Source: Candidatus Harrisonbacteria bacterium RIFCSPHIGHO2_02_FULL_42_16 (GTDB lineage Bacteria > Patescibacteriota > Minisyncoccia > UBA6257 > 02-FULL-45-10c). From it: a stretch of 64,000 nucleotides of DNA. The stretch covers positions 309 through 64,308 of the forward strand of contig MHJG01000009.1 of assembly GCA_001818695.1 (NCBI GenBank), given 5' to 3'. A program made the translations under genes and the position numbers. Below the pieces are notes generated by a model. The model saw only the letters and a program-made list of their open reading frames with translations, did no database searches and was not told the origin of the DNA. Each line of letters opens with the position of its first letter. The first letter of the stretch is position 1. Shown one piece after another: positions 10,105 through 18,793 of this stretch.

Positions 10105-10629
10105 TTACCATCCCCAACCCCAACCGGTTTTGCCGCATTGTTCCGAAAGATATCCCTGTGTTTCAACGTAATGCAGTTCGCGTTTTCCGAAATGAATATC
10201 CACGGAGACATCACGGTCAGGCGGCACATCAACATAACAGGTATAAGTGCCGATGAATTTTCCGGCTTTTTTAATCTCCAAAGATAAGGTTTCCCGGCGA
10301 TACTGCCCGGTTCCGTTCCAGGGCAGTGGCAGAGAATAATGATTTCCAAAACTTAACATCACTGCTTTTTGGTTAAGTTTTTCTCTGCCGAGCCATAATG
10401 ATTTCGGGTCTCTTTTTCCCGCAGTGTATTCAGAAATTATTCCATTGCCTCTGTAGAGCGGTTTTGCGGTGGTGCGCGGCGCGTCATTGTGAATCGTGAG
10501 CCAAGAGCGATACAGCGAGAACCCCGTTGTTGCTATCTTGACTCGCGTTCCTTGCTGAAGCGTTCCGCAACCAGTCATTCCCATTCCCAACAAAGCGAAC
10601 ATCAGAAGCCCAGTTAATTTTCTTTTCAT
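10105..10629 (-). CDS. lipoprotein (signal peptide with lipobox MTGC), C-terminal GWGWGW tail
   Basis: MKRKLTGLLMFALLGMGMTGC lipobox. No known domain is recognised. Confidence 0.55.
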   Translation of the reverse strand: MKRKLTGLLMFALLGMGMTGCGTLQQGTRVKIATTGFSLYRSWLTIHNDAPRTTAKPLYRGNGIISEYTAGKRDPKSLWLGREKLNQKAVMLSFGNHYSLPLPWNGTGQYRRETLSLEIKKAGKFIGTYTCYVDVPPDRDVSVDIHFGKRELHYVETQGYLSEQCGKTGWGWGW

Positions 10630-10760
10630 TTTGTTCCTCCTATTAAGAACCACTATAATAGTATCATAATGCAGAAGATTTGTCAAATTACGCCGGAAAA
10701 CCGCTATTTATTAACATTTTTATTTGCTTTTTGAATTAGCTTGGGAGTAATATACGGATA

Positions 10761-12449
10761 ATGGTTCAGGAAAACGATAGCGCTAAGCTAAAGGTTATTT
10801 TAGAAAAATCTCGGAGAGAAGCAGAGGAGCGGGACGCGCAACGACGCGCCGTTAAGGCGGGTGTTTTGTATATTAATTTGGCGGCCCAGCCGGTTGAGAC
10901 CGACGCTTTGGAATTGATTCCGGAAAAAACAGCCAGAGATGTTCAAGCGGCCACCATAGAAAAAAAAGGAGACCGGGTGGTGTTGGCGGCGTTCAATACG
11001 GACGAGCCAAAAACAAAAAAACTTATTGAGGGGCTCGCTTTTAATGGCTTAAAACTTAAATTATTTATTTCTTCATTGTCCAGCTTGGAACGGGCTTGGG
11101 AATTTTATAAATATACCGTTAAAAAAACCGGACCAATTACCGGGCGGATTGATATTGACAAAGAACGGCTCGCGGGCTTGGTTAAAAGATTGGTTGAACT
11201 GCCGATTGTCAAAAAAGAGATAGATAATTTTGATTTCAAAAAGTTGCCTACCGCCCAGATATTGGAAATTGTGCTGGCCGGCGCGCTTAGCAGTAGGGCT
11301 TCCGATATTCACTTTGAGCCCTCCCGTCTGGCAGTCAAGCTCCGTTATCGGATTGATGGCGATTTGAATGATGTAATGGATAATTTAAAATTACCCATTT
11401 ATAACCATATTGTGTCTCGCGTAAAATTATTGTCTAATTTAAAACTTAATGTCCGGGATGAGGCGCAGGACGGGCGATTTACCATCGGACTGGGAAAAAA
11501 AGAAATAGAGCTTAGGGTGGCGGTAGCGCCTTCGGAATTCGGCGAAGTGATTGTGATGCGCGTATTGGACCCGGACGCCATCAATTTAAGTTTGGAGGAT
11601 TTGGGATTTCGAAAAGATGACTTGGAAATAATTTTGTCCGAACTTAAAAGGCCTAACGGCATGATTCTTAATACCGGTCCGACTGGTTCCGGCAAAACTA
11701 CCACCCTTTACGCGTTTTTAAAATATAAAAATTCTCCGGAAATAAAAATTATTACCATAGAAGACCCGATTGAATATCATTTGGACGGCATTGAACAAAC
11801 CCAGGTTGATTTGAAAGCGAATTATAATTTTGCCAATGGCCTTAAATCCATAATGCGTCAAGACCCGGACGCCATTCTTATTGGCGAAATTCGGGATAAA
11901 GAAACCGCCGCTATCGCTATTCAATCCGCGCTTACCGGACATTTGGTTTTTTCCACGGTGCACGCCAATCAGGCCGCCGGCGCCATTCCCCGGTTGATTG
12001 ATTTGGGAGTAAGGCCGACCAGCATCGGACCATCGCTTAATTTGATTATTGCCCAACGTTTGGTTAAAAAATTATGCCCGAAATGCAAAATCGGGAAGAA
12101 ATTAGAGCCAAAAGAAAAATCCGCTTTGGAAAAATTTTTGGCTCATTTGCCGAAAAGAGTTAACCGGGACGGATATAAAAATTTTTCCGTTTTTGAATCG
12201 GCGGGCAAGAAAAATTGCAAAGAATGCGCCGGCGTCGGCTATAAAGGAAGAGTCGGCATTTATGAATTATTGCAGGTTACCAAAGAAATTGAGAATTTAA
12301 TGAATAAAAAAGCCGGCGAAGCGGATATTTATGATTTTGCCGTTAACCAAGGAATGGTGACTATGCAGCAGGACGGAATTTTGAAAGTGATTTCCGGAAT
12401 CACTACAATGGAAGAGGTTGAAAAATTAACCGGCCCGATAAATATATAA
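10761..12449 (+). CDS. GspE/PilB family type IV pilus / type II secretion assembly ATPase
   Basis: Walker A NTGPTGSGKTTTLYA, GspE_N-like N-terminus, C-terminal tetracysteine (CPKC...CKEC). Confidence 0.85.
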   Translation: MVQENDSAKLKVILEKSRREAEERDAQRRAVKAGVLYINLAAQPVETDALELIPEKTARDVQAATIEKKGDRVVLAAFNTDEPKTKKLIEGLAFNGLKLKLFISSLSSLERAWEFYKYTVKKTGPITGRIDIDKERLAGLVKRLVELPIVKKEIDNFDFKKLPTAQILEIVLAGALSSRASDIHFEPSRLAVKLRYRIDGDLNDVMDNLKLPIYNHIVSRVKLLSNLKLNVRDEAQDGRFTIGLGKKEIELRVAVAPSEFGEVIVMRVLDPDAINLSLEDLGFRKDDLEIILSELKRPNGMILNTGPTGSGKTTTLYAFLKYKNSPEIKIITIEDPIEYHLDGIEQTQVDLKANYNFANGLKSIMRQDPDAILIGEIRDKETAAIAIQSALTGHLVFSTVHANQAAGAIPRLIDLGVRPTSIGPSLNLIIAQRLVKKLCPKCKIGKKLEPKEKSALEKFLAHLPKRVNRDGYKNFSVFESAGKKNCKECAGVGYKGRVGIYELLQVTKEIENLMNKKAGEADIYDFAVNQGMVTMQQDGILKVISGITTMEEVEKLTGPINI

Positions 12450-12597
12450 AAACCTTTGTTCTGTGGGCAAGTCCCGTTAAGGGAAAAGTGGAACTTTTTT
12501 AAATAAATTTAAAAAAGGTTAGAATTGTCTTAAGGATAGACCTCGCCTGAGCCAAGTCGTCCATTAAGAATAATTCCCGCCCACAGAACAAAGGTTT
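12449..12597. repeat. 19-bp perfect long-range inverted repeat (AAACCTTTGTTCTGTGGGC / GCCCACAGAACAAAGGTTT) enclosing about 110 nt with internal palindromes
   Basis: Read directly at 12449-12468 and 12579-12597. The interior contains CTTTTTTAAATAAATTTAAAAAAG near-palindrome. Confidence 0.6.
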
Positions 12598-12665
12598 CTA
12601 TAAAATAAAAACTTAAACTGCTATTTTGGTAGTATAGCATAAAAAAAGTAGTATGTCAACCCCCA

Positions 12666-13673
12666 ATGCAAGTTAAAAAAGTCATAAATAAAACAGATAA
12701 TTTCCATGTTGATTTGGCGCTTCGGCCAACGAAGTGGTCGGATTATATCGGGCAGGAAAAGATAAAAAAGAATTTGCGCGTAATTTTGGATGCCGCCAGA
12801 AAACGGGAAGAACCAAGCGACCACCTTTTGTTTTACGGGCAGGCGGGATTGGGAAAAACCACGCTCGCCCATCTGGTTGCCAAAGAAATGAATGCCAGCT
12901 TGAAAGTTACTTCCGGCCCGGCGCTGGAAAAAATGGGGGATTTGGCCGCCATTTTAAGCAACCTGGAAAAAGGCGAAGTGCTTTTTATTGATGAAGCCCA
13001 TCGTTTGAACCGACAAATTGAAGAAGTGCTTTATCCTGCGCTGGAGAGCCGAAAACTTCATTTGATAGTCGGCAAGGGTCCGGGGGCGCGGATGCTGGCT
13101 TTGGATTTGCCTCCTTTTACTCTGATTGCCGCCACTACCCGGGCGAATTTGCTTTCCGGGCCGCTTCGTTCCCGTTTTGGCGCTTCGTTTAAGCTGGATT
13201 ATTACGAAGTTGCGGATGTGGAAGAAATTATTCGGCGTTCAGCCCAGCTTTTGAAAATGAATGTTTCCGGTGGCGCTGTTTCGGTTATCGCCAGAGCGGC
13301 TCGTTTTACGCCCCGGGTTGCCAATCGTCTTTTAAGACGGGTTAGGGATTATTCGGAAGTCAATAATTTAAACGAAGTTAATGAAGCGGTGGCGCAGGAC
13401 ACGCTGGCAATGCTGGAAGTTGATAATTTGGGACTGGAACCGACTGATCGCCAGCTTTTGAAAATTATCATAGATAAATTCCACGGCGGACCGGTAGGCA
13501 TCCAGACCTTGGCTGCCGCCCTGAATGATGACCAGGGAATTATTGAAGATGTTTATGAACCGTATCTTATGGCTATCGGGCTTTTGAACCGCACTCCGGC
13601 CGGCCGGATGGCAACTTCGGCGGCTTATAAGCATCTGGGCTATAAAGTAAGCGAGGAAAATTCATTAGTTTAA
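12666..13673 (+). CDS. ruvB: Holliday junction branch migration helicase RuvB
   Basis: Walker A GQAGLGKTTLA, sensor motifs, and a winged-helix C-terminus. Confidence 0.95.
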   Translation: MQVKKVINKTDNFHVDLALRPTKWSDYIGQEKIKKNLRVILDAARKREEPSDHLLFYGQAGLGKTTLAHLVAKEMNASLKVTSGPALEKMGDLAAILSNLEKGEVLFIDEAHRLNRQIEEVLYPALESRKLHLIVGKGPGARMLALDLPPFTLIAATTRANLLSGPLRSRFGASFKLDYYEVADVEEIIRRSAQLLKMNVSGGAVSVIARAARFTPRVANRLLRRVRDYSEVNNLNEVNEAVAQDTLAMLEVDNLGLEPTDRQLLKIIIDKFHGGPVGIQTLAAALNDDQGIIEDVYEPYLMAIGLLNRTPAGRMATSAAYKHLGYKVSEENSLV

Positions 13674-13708
13674 TTTATAAAAATTAGAACATAATTAAAT
13701 CAAATTAA

Positions 13709-14329
13709 ATGTTAAAGTCATCAGAAAAACCGGAATTTAAACAGAAATCTGCTGAATTATCGGAAAATCCGATAGAAAGATTGCGTCAGATAGCCGGGAC
13801 ACGGGAGAAAACGGAAACGCAAGAACAGGCGCTTCCAATGACCATTGGCAGAATGGAAGAATTTCATAATTTTATATTAAAATTAAGTCAAGATAAATTT
13901 TTAGGAGGAGACCTCCCTAATTATTATTCGAAATTTAACGAACCCCCTCAACGAACAACAGAAAAGCTTTATGAATTGGCAGAAGTAGAAGATTTTTGTA
14001 GAGAATTTTTAAATGCCAAAGAAAGCTTAGATTCTAATACTAAAAGAAAACTTTGGGAAAAAATTTATAAAGAAAATTGGCAGCCATATTTACAAAATAC
14101 TTTTACTATTCTTAAAAATGATTTGCAGGAATTAGAACTTAAGAAGAAAATGCGCCGTTCGCCAGAACAAGAAATATCTACGGAAGAATTGAATTTCCTA
14201 AGGTCAAACAAAAGCGACAAGCATTTAATTAATGAATTAAGTTTTGGAATCAGCCAACTCAAAAAATTCAGTTTTCCGGAAGAAAAATTAAAAGAGCTGG
14301 AAAATCAATTTAAAAAAGTTAAAAAATAG
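13709..14329 (+). CDS. hypothetical protein (charged, coiled-coil-like)
   Basis: 206-aa K/E-rich ORF. No known motif. Confidence 0.45.
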   Translation: MLKSSEKPEFKQKSAELSENPIERLRQIAGTREKTETQEQALPMTIGRMEEFHNFILKLSQDKFLGGDLPNYYSKFNEPPQRTTEKLYELAEVEDFCREFLNAKESLDSNTKRKLWEKIYKENWQPYLQNTFTILKNDLQELELKKKMRRSPEQEISTEELNFLRSNKSDKHLINELSFGISQLKKFSFPEEKLKELENQFKKVKK

Positions 14330-14390
14330 AAACTTGCATTATCACCATTGCTATTGACACCAAGTTTATCTTAAAGTAAACTTACATTAT

Positions 14391-14609
14391 ATGAATAATA
14401 TAGTCGGGTTAAAAGAATTAAGGCAAAATGTTGAACGTTATGCTTTGGCAATTCAAAAAGGCCAATCTTTTGTGATTGTCCGAAAATCTAAGCCGATTTT
14501 CAAAATTACTCCTTTTAAAGCAGAGGAAGGAGAGTGGGAAGAAGTCATTGATTTTACAAAAATCAAAAAAGGCGGGGTGAAAATTGACGACCTTTTGAAA
14601 AGAATATAA
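14391..14609 (+). CDS. type II antitoxin, Phd/YefM-like
   Basis: VGLKELRQNVERYALAIQKGQSFVIVRKSKPIFKITP matches the Phd/YefM pattern. Its stop overlaps the start of the next gene (TAATG). Confidence 0.55.
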   Translation: MNNIVGLKELRQNVERYALAIQKGQSFVIVRKSKPIFKITPFKAEEGEWEEVIDFTKIKKGGVKIDDLLKRI

Positions 14610-14854
14610 TGGATAAAATTGAAAAGGCCTTGAACAAATTGAGTGAAAAAGAAAAGGAGGCGATAAAAGAAATTTTGACCCAGCTACAAACTGGGTCTTT
14701 TAAAAATTTGGATATTAAAAAATTGAAAGGCAGAAACGATATTTTTCGGGCCAGAAAAGGTAAAATCAGGATTATTTATGCTATTGATAAAAATAAGGAA
14801 ACCCGTATTTTAGCTATTGAGCGTTGTTCCGAGAAAACTTATAAAAATTTATGA
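14609..14854 (+). CDS. type II toxin, RelE/ParE family
   Basis: LKGRNDIFRARKGKIRIIYAIDKNKETRILAIERCSEKTYKN matches the RelE/ParE core (..yRlRvGdyRiiY..i..I.hRk..Y). Confidence 0.55.
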   Translation: MDKIEKALNKLSEKEKEAIKEILTQLQTGSFKNLDIKKLKGRNDIFRARKGKIRIIYAIDKNKETRILAIERCSEKTYKNL

Positions 14855-15354
14855 TTATCAAAGAATTTCTTCCCAATCCGGTTGGTAGCGATAAAGAAGG
14901 AGAATATATAAAGATTTTTAATGACGGCGTGCCGCAAAATCTAAATGGTTGGCAAATTAAAGATGCCGCCGGAAAAAGTTTTAATTTAAGCGGCGAGCTG
15001 GCCTCTGGCCAAGAATTGATTTTGCCGTATTTCCAAACAAGAATTTCTTTAAATAACAACGGCGAGAAACTATTTTTGTACGATGCAACCGGAAAATTGG
15101 CAAATGAATTAAGTTATATCGGGCAGGCAAGTGAGGGGCGGGTGATAACTAAACAACAAATAACCACAGTAAACGACAAAATAACCACCAACGGCCTGAC
15201 TATGGATAATAACCAATTATTTAATTACCAAATTGCCAATTACCCGATTTCCAGGCCCCTTTTTATAGATTTTTTAATTGCCATAATTTTGGCTGGATTG
15301 GGGTTGTATATAATTTTACAATTAGAAAAGAAATTAGACATTAAACTATTTTAA
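14851..15354 (+). CDS. lamin-tail-domain (LTD) protein with C-terminal TM anchor
   Basis: EFLPNPVGSDKEGEYIKIFNDG...NLNGWQIKDAAGKSFNL matches the LTD consensus. Ends in a hydrophobic helix. Confidence 0.6.
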   Translation: MIIKEFLPNPVGSDKEGEYIKIFNDGVPQNLNGWQIKDAAGKSFNLSGELASGQELILPYFQTRISLNNNGEKLFLYDATGKLANELSYIGQASEGRVITKQQITTVNDKITTNGLTMDNNQLFNYQIANYPISRPLFIDFLIAIILAGLGLYIILQLEKKLDIKLF

Positions 15355-15407
15355 TTTTTTAAACACTCCCCGCTTTAACGCGTTAAAGTGTCGGAGTTTA
15401 GGTAAAT

Positions 15408-15917
15408 ATGTTAAGTAAATCAAAAATTCAAACCCAAAAATTGGCGGTTCGTTTTGCCAAAAAAATTCTACACTTTACACTTCACACCCCACACCCTAAA
15501 GCAAGTATAATTGCTCTTCACGGCGACTTGGGCGCCGGCAAGACCACCTTTATTCAGGGATTTATGAAAGCGCTTGGAGTAAAACAGCATATCACCAGCC
15601 CCACATTTGTGATATTTAGAAAATATTCAATAAGGGTTAGGGGTAGGGCCAAAAGCCAAAAGAAAAAATTTTTATCCCCTACCCTATTGGCTAGACCCTA
15701 TGAAAATGCATATCATTTTGACCTTTATCGTATTCATAAACCAAAAGAAATTTTAAATTTAGGATTCAAGAAAATCATAAGCGACCCGCGGAATATCATT
15801 TTAATTGAGTGGCCGGAAAGAATTAAAAAACTCTTGCCGAAAAATACCATTTGGATTTATTTTGAGCACGGGAAAAATGACAAAGAAAGGATTGTAAAAA
15901 TAAATAACAATTTGTAA
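15408..15917 (+). CDS. tsaE: tRNA t6A37 biosynthesis ATPase TsaE (with in-frame repeat insertion)
   Basis: P-loop GDLGAGKTTF, ..SPTFVIF..YHFDLYR..ILIEWPE TsaE motifs. An extra 25 aa (SIRVRGRAKSQKKKFLSPTLLARP) is encoded by the G-rich repeat at 15633-15698. Confidence 0.75.
   Translation: MLSKSKIQTQKLAVRFAKKILHFTLHTPHPKASIIALHGDLGAGKTTFIQGFMKALGVKQHITSPTFVIFRKYSIRVRGRAKSQKKKFLSPTLLARPYENAYHFDLYRIHKPKEILNLGFKKIISDPRNIILIEWPERIKKLLPKNTIWIYFEHGKNDKERIVKINNNL
15633..15698. repeat. G-rich TAGGG-type repeat element with imperfect terminal inverted repeats, in-frame inside tsaE
   Basis: agggttaggggtagggcc...aaaagccaaaag...tcccctaccctattgg. Confidence 0.7.
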
Positions 15918-15947
15918 TTAAGATTAGATATTGGTATCATAATAAAT

Positions 15948-16163
15948 ATGAAGAAACAATTTACCGCTGTCTATAAAAAAACTGGCAAATGGTATTCGGC
16001 TTGGGTGGAAGAAGTTCCTGGCGTAAATACTCAGGGCAAAACCCTTAAAGAAGCGAGGGAGAATCTTATTGATGCATTAAAAATTACCATTGAAACAAAT
16101 CGGCTTTTAACTTCCCGCGCTAATAAGGGTTTAGTTCGCGAAGAAATTGCAGTTTCGGTTTAA
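15948..16163 (+). CDS. type II antitoxin HicB-like (UPF0150)
   Basis: YSAWVEEVPGVNTQGKTLKEARENLIDALKITIE is the HicB fold signature. Confidence 0.6.
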   Translation: MKKQFTAVYKKTGKWYSAWVEEVPGVNTQGKTLKEARENLIDALKITIETNRLLTSRANKGLVREEIAVSV

Positions 16164-16359
16164 TGATTTAATGAAGAGAGTAAATTTTTTAAAGCATCTT
16201 AAAAAGGAGAAATGTCTTCTTTTGCGGGAAGGCGCTAGGCACAGCGTCTTTTTTAATCCAAAAATCAGACAAACATCAACGGTTCCAAGACATAATGAAA
16301 TTAATAATTTTCTCGCCAGAAAAATTTGTCGCGATTTAGGAGTAAGAGAGGTAAAATAA
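16147..16359 (+). CDS. type II toxin HicA-like mRNA interferase
   Basis: LKHLKKEKCLLLREGARHSVFFNP..STVPRHNEI...ICRDLGV is a HicA/YcfA pattern with Gly-x-His. It overlaps hicB by 17 nt. Confidence 0.6.
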   Translation: MQFRFNDLMKRVNFLKHLKKEKCLLLREGARHSVFFNPKIRQTSTVPRHNEINNFLARKICRDLGVREVK

Positions 16360-16364
16360 TTTAT

Positions 16365-17255
16365 ATGAAGAAGTTATTGCTTATTGACGCCAATTCGCTT
16401 ATTCATCGGTGTTTTCACGCGCTTCCTCCGCTGACCACGCCTAAGGGTGAGCCGATTAACGCGGTGTACGGGTTGTCCAGCATTCTTTTGAAGATTTTGC
16501 GGGAGCACCAGCCGGATTATGTGGCGGCGGCTTTTGACCGGCCGGAACCGACTTTTCGAGACGAGATTTTTAAAGAATATAAAGCCCATCGTCCGCCGAC
16601 CGCCGATACTCTTGTGCCGCAGCTTAAAGAAGCCCACAAAACATTTGAAAAATTTGGAATCAAAGTGGTGGAAAAAGCCGGTTTTGAGGCGGATGATGTC
16701 GTGGGAACGTTGGCCGAGCGATTTAAGGATTCGGAAGCCCTTCGGCAAGCTCAGGGTGATGACTTTGAGCTCAAAGTCATCATATTCTCCGGCGACAAAG
16801 ATAATTTACAGCTTATAGACGACGACAGAGTAGTGGTGGAACTTTTGAAAACTGGCGTCAGTAAAACCGTTACTTATAACAAGGCATTTTTTCTCCAGAC
16901 CTACGGATTTTCTCCGGAGCAATTAGTGGATTATAAGGCGCTGGTGGGCGACGCTTCGGATAATATTCCGGGCGTGATGGGAATCGGCCCGAAGGGCGCG
17001 ACCGATTTAATTAAGGAATACGGCTCGGTAGAAAAAATTTATGAAGAAGTCGGCTTGATTTCCAAAAAGGTTTTGCAGGAAAAATTGGAAAAAAATCGCG
17101 ACAGCGCTTTTTTATCAAAAAAATTGGCAACGATAAAACGCGATGTGCCGTTGGAAATAAATTTGAATGACTTAAAACAAGGCAGAATGAGCAAGGAAGA
17201 ACTCAAAAAATACTTTGAAGAGTTGGGATTTAAGAGTTTGACAGAAAGATTGTAA
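16365..17255 (+). CDS. 5'-3' exonuclease (Pol I N-terminal FEN domain as a stand-alone ORF)
   Basis: LLIDANSLIHRCFHA..., FEADDVVGTLA, IFSGDKDNLQL, and a helix-hairpin-helix region. Start taken at MKKLLL (SD upstream). Confidence 0.85.
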   Translation: MKKLLLIDANSLIHRCFHALPPLTTPKGEPINAVYGLSSILLKILREHQPDYVAAAFDRPEPTFRDEIFKEYKAHRPPTADTLVPQLKEAHKTFEKFGIKVVEKAGFEADDVVGTLAERFKDSEALRQAQGDDFELKVIIFSGDKDNLQLIDDDRVVVELLKTGVSKTVTYNKAFFLQTYGFSPEQLVDYKALVGDASDNIPGVMGIGPKGATDLIKEYGSVEKIYEEVGLISKKVLQEKLEKNRDSAFLSKKLATIKRDVPLEINLNDLKQGRMSKEELKKYFEELGFKSLTERL

Positions 17256-17306
17256 CGGTTTATATTTTGTTAAGTTGCACTTTGACCTGAAAACACGGAG
17301 GAAAAG

Positions 17307-17588
17307 ATGAAAAAAGCGGCGCTGGCAGTAGTTTTTGGATTGATGGTTTTAGTGTCGGTTCCGTCTGGTTTTTGCTTAAATAATAACAACCTGGAATCGC
17401 TTGAAAATCTTGAAAATGATGTCCTTCAACTTAAAAAAGAAATTGATAATCTTATTAAAGAAGTTAATAATCTTAACCTTAAAGTTAATAATCAGTTAAT
17501 AATCAGGAAAAAACTACTATTTTTCCCGTATGGGTCAATTATGACATTTCTGTGGAATCATTGGTTGTCCAGGGGAAATATGATTTGA
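17307..17588 (+). CDS. possible small secreted coiled-coil protein
   Basis: Signal-peptide-like N-terminus, then LESLENLENDVLQLKKEIDNLIKEVNNLNLKVNN heptads. The C-terminus runs into low-complexity sequence. Confidence 0.3.
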   Translation: MKKAALAVVFGLMVLVSVPSGFCLNNNNLESLENLENDVLQLKKEIDNLIKEVNNLNLKVNNQLIIRKKLLFFPYGSIMTFLWNHWLSRGNMI

Positions 17589-17983
17589 AGAGTAACGTCA
17601 TTACCGGTGAAAATTTTCCGACCACCAGAAAAGGCGAAGCCAACCTCATCTTGGAATTTGTGCAAGTTAGTAGCGAGGCGGTCACTTATGAAGAGGTGAT
17701 TGCCGGGCTTAAAAAGCGCGGTTTCCGGCCCGCCGAACTTCGCGAATTGCTCTCTTTTGGGGTTCAATACCCAAAGAAGTAGAGAAGAGATTACATTGTG
17801 GCGCTTGGTTCAGTTTGGCAGGACTGGCGTGGCGACCGGATCGTCGCATGTATCTACGGCGGTGCTGGCGGGCGTGGCCTGCTCTCGTGCTACCTCGATG
17901 GCAGGTGGAGCGGGAACTATTTGTTCTTGGTTACTCGCGAGTCCCAGTAAATTGGACTTTTGGAATATCGGACTTTTTTAAAA

Positions 17984-18020
17984 TTTTTTAAAACGGCTTG
18001 CTTCGGCAGCCGTTTTTTGT
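17984..18020 (+). terminator. intrinsic terminator (cggctgcttcggcagccg + T-run)
   Basis: aaaacggcttgcttcggcagccgttttttgtttttt. Confidence 0.5.
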
Positions 18021-18024
18021 TTTT

Positions 18025-18074
18025 TATAAATTATCTACTATCTATGCGATCGCATAGATAGTAGATAATTTATA
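18025..18074. repeat. 50-bp perfect palindrome (left copy) TATAAATTATCTACTATCTATGCGATCGCATAGATAGTAGATAATTTATA
   Basis: Read directly. The core 38 bp is identical to the right copy except at one central base. Confidence 0.9.
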
Positions 18075-18094
18075 GGAGACCAATTTTTCAATAC

Positions 18095-18676
18095 TTATTG
18101 CAATTGTTTTATAGTTCCGGTTTTGCTTATGGCAAAAATTTCTATATAAGGAAGAATATTCCAGCGCTGAAGATCGTTAAAAAATTCTTCCGGCAAAATT
18201 GTTTTTCCAATCCAAACGCTTTTTTGGAGCATTCTAAATTTCAGATTTTTTAATGCCTCTCTTAACCAATTACGCCCCATCTTTTTAGTTTCTGGTATAT
18301 CAAAGGCGACTATTTTAATTTCATTTGATCGTTCTATTTTATAATTTGGTTTGGAATTATATTTTTTCTTTATCATTTCACTTTTACCCCTTTCTGTAAT
18401 TTTCCAAAAAGTGGCGCCGGTTTTATTTTTTTCCTTTATAATTAAGCCAGCAGTTTTTAATTTGCATAGCAATTTACTGATTCGCTGTCTTTCTTCTAAG
18501 TTTTTAATAGTTTTTTGTAAAATTTGTTTCCTTTCCGGAATAAGAGATTTCATGCCCTTCATCCTTCGATATGTTTCGGTGTAACCAAAATAAGATATGG
18601 TATTTAAAATATCTTTGGTAATCATATCCCCAGCTTGAATTAACTTTAGAATCGTTAATGTTATATCGCCTTTCAT
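18095..18676 (-). CDS. hypothetical DNA-binding protein: N-terminal winged-helix, C-terminal Cas2/VapD-like motif (tentative, PaaX-like architecture)
   Basis: 193 aa. The C-terminal KIVAFDIPETKKMGRNWLREALKNLKFRMLQKSVWIGK resembles the Cas2 core (YDI...RR..L...G.R.Q.SVF). The gene is flanked by the two palindromes. Confidence 0.45.
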   Translation of the reverse strand: MKGDITLTILKLIQAGDMITKDILNTISYFGYTETYRRMKGMKSLIPERKQILQKTIKNLEERQRISKLLCKLKTAGLIIKEKNKTGATFWKITERGKSEMIKKKYNSKPNYKIERSNEIKIVAFDIPETKKMGRNWLREALKNLKFRMLQKSVWIGKTILPEEFFNDLQRWNILPYIEIFAISKTGTIKQLQ

Positions 18677-18724
18677 AGATTGATGTTAAAATTAATTTAA
18701 AATCATATTATCATAGAGTTATTA

Positions 18725-18766
18725 AATTATCTACTATCTATGCGACCGCATAGATAGTAGATAATT
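18725..18766. repeat. 42-bp near-perfect palindrome (right copy) ..TTATCTACTATCTATGCGACCGCATAGATAGTAGATAA..
   Basis: Read directly. One central mismatch relative to the left copy (GCGATCGC vs GCGACCGC). Confidence 0.9.
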
Positions 18767-18793
18767 ACTATTCTAATAAATTTTTATTAACGT

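Noticed and set aside
10078-10349. Small ORFs overlapping the lipoprotein gene on both strands
   Set aside because: They are embedded in or antisense to the better-supported lipoprotein CDS.
12621-12872. 83-aa minus ORF overlapping the ruvB start
   Set aside because: It is antisense to ruvB and the upstream spacer, with no support.
17552-17981. Track ORFs 17552-17782, 17558-17767 and 17700-17981 as real genes
   Set aside because: They are mutually overlapping ORFs over GC-rich hairpin-rich sequence with no SD. They are more consistent with a non-coding structured region or gene debris than with proteins.
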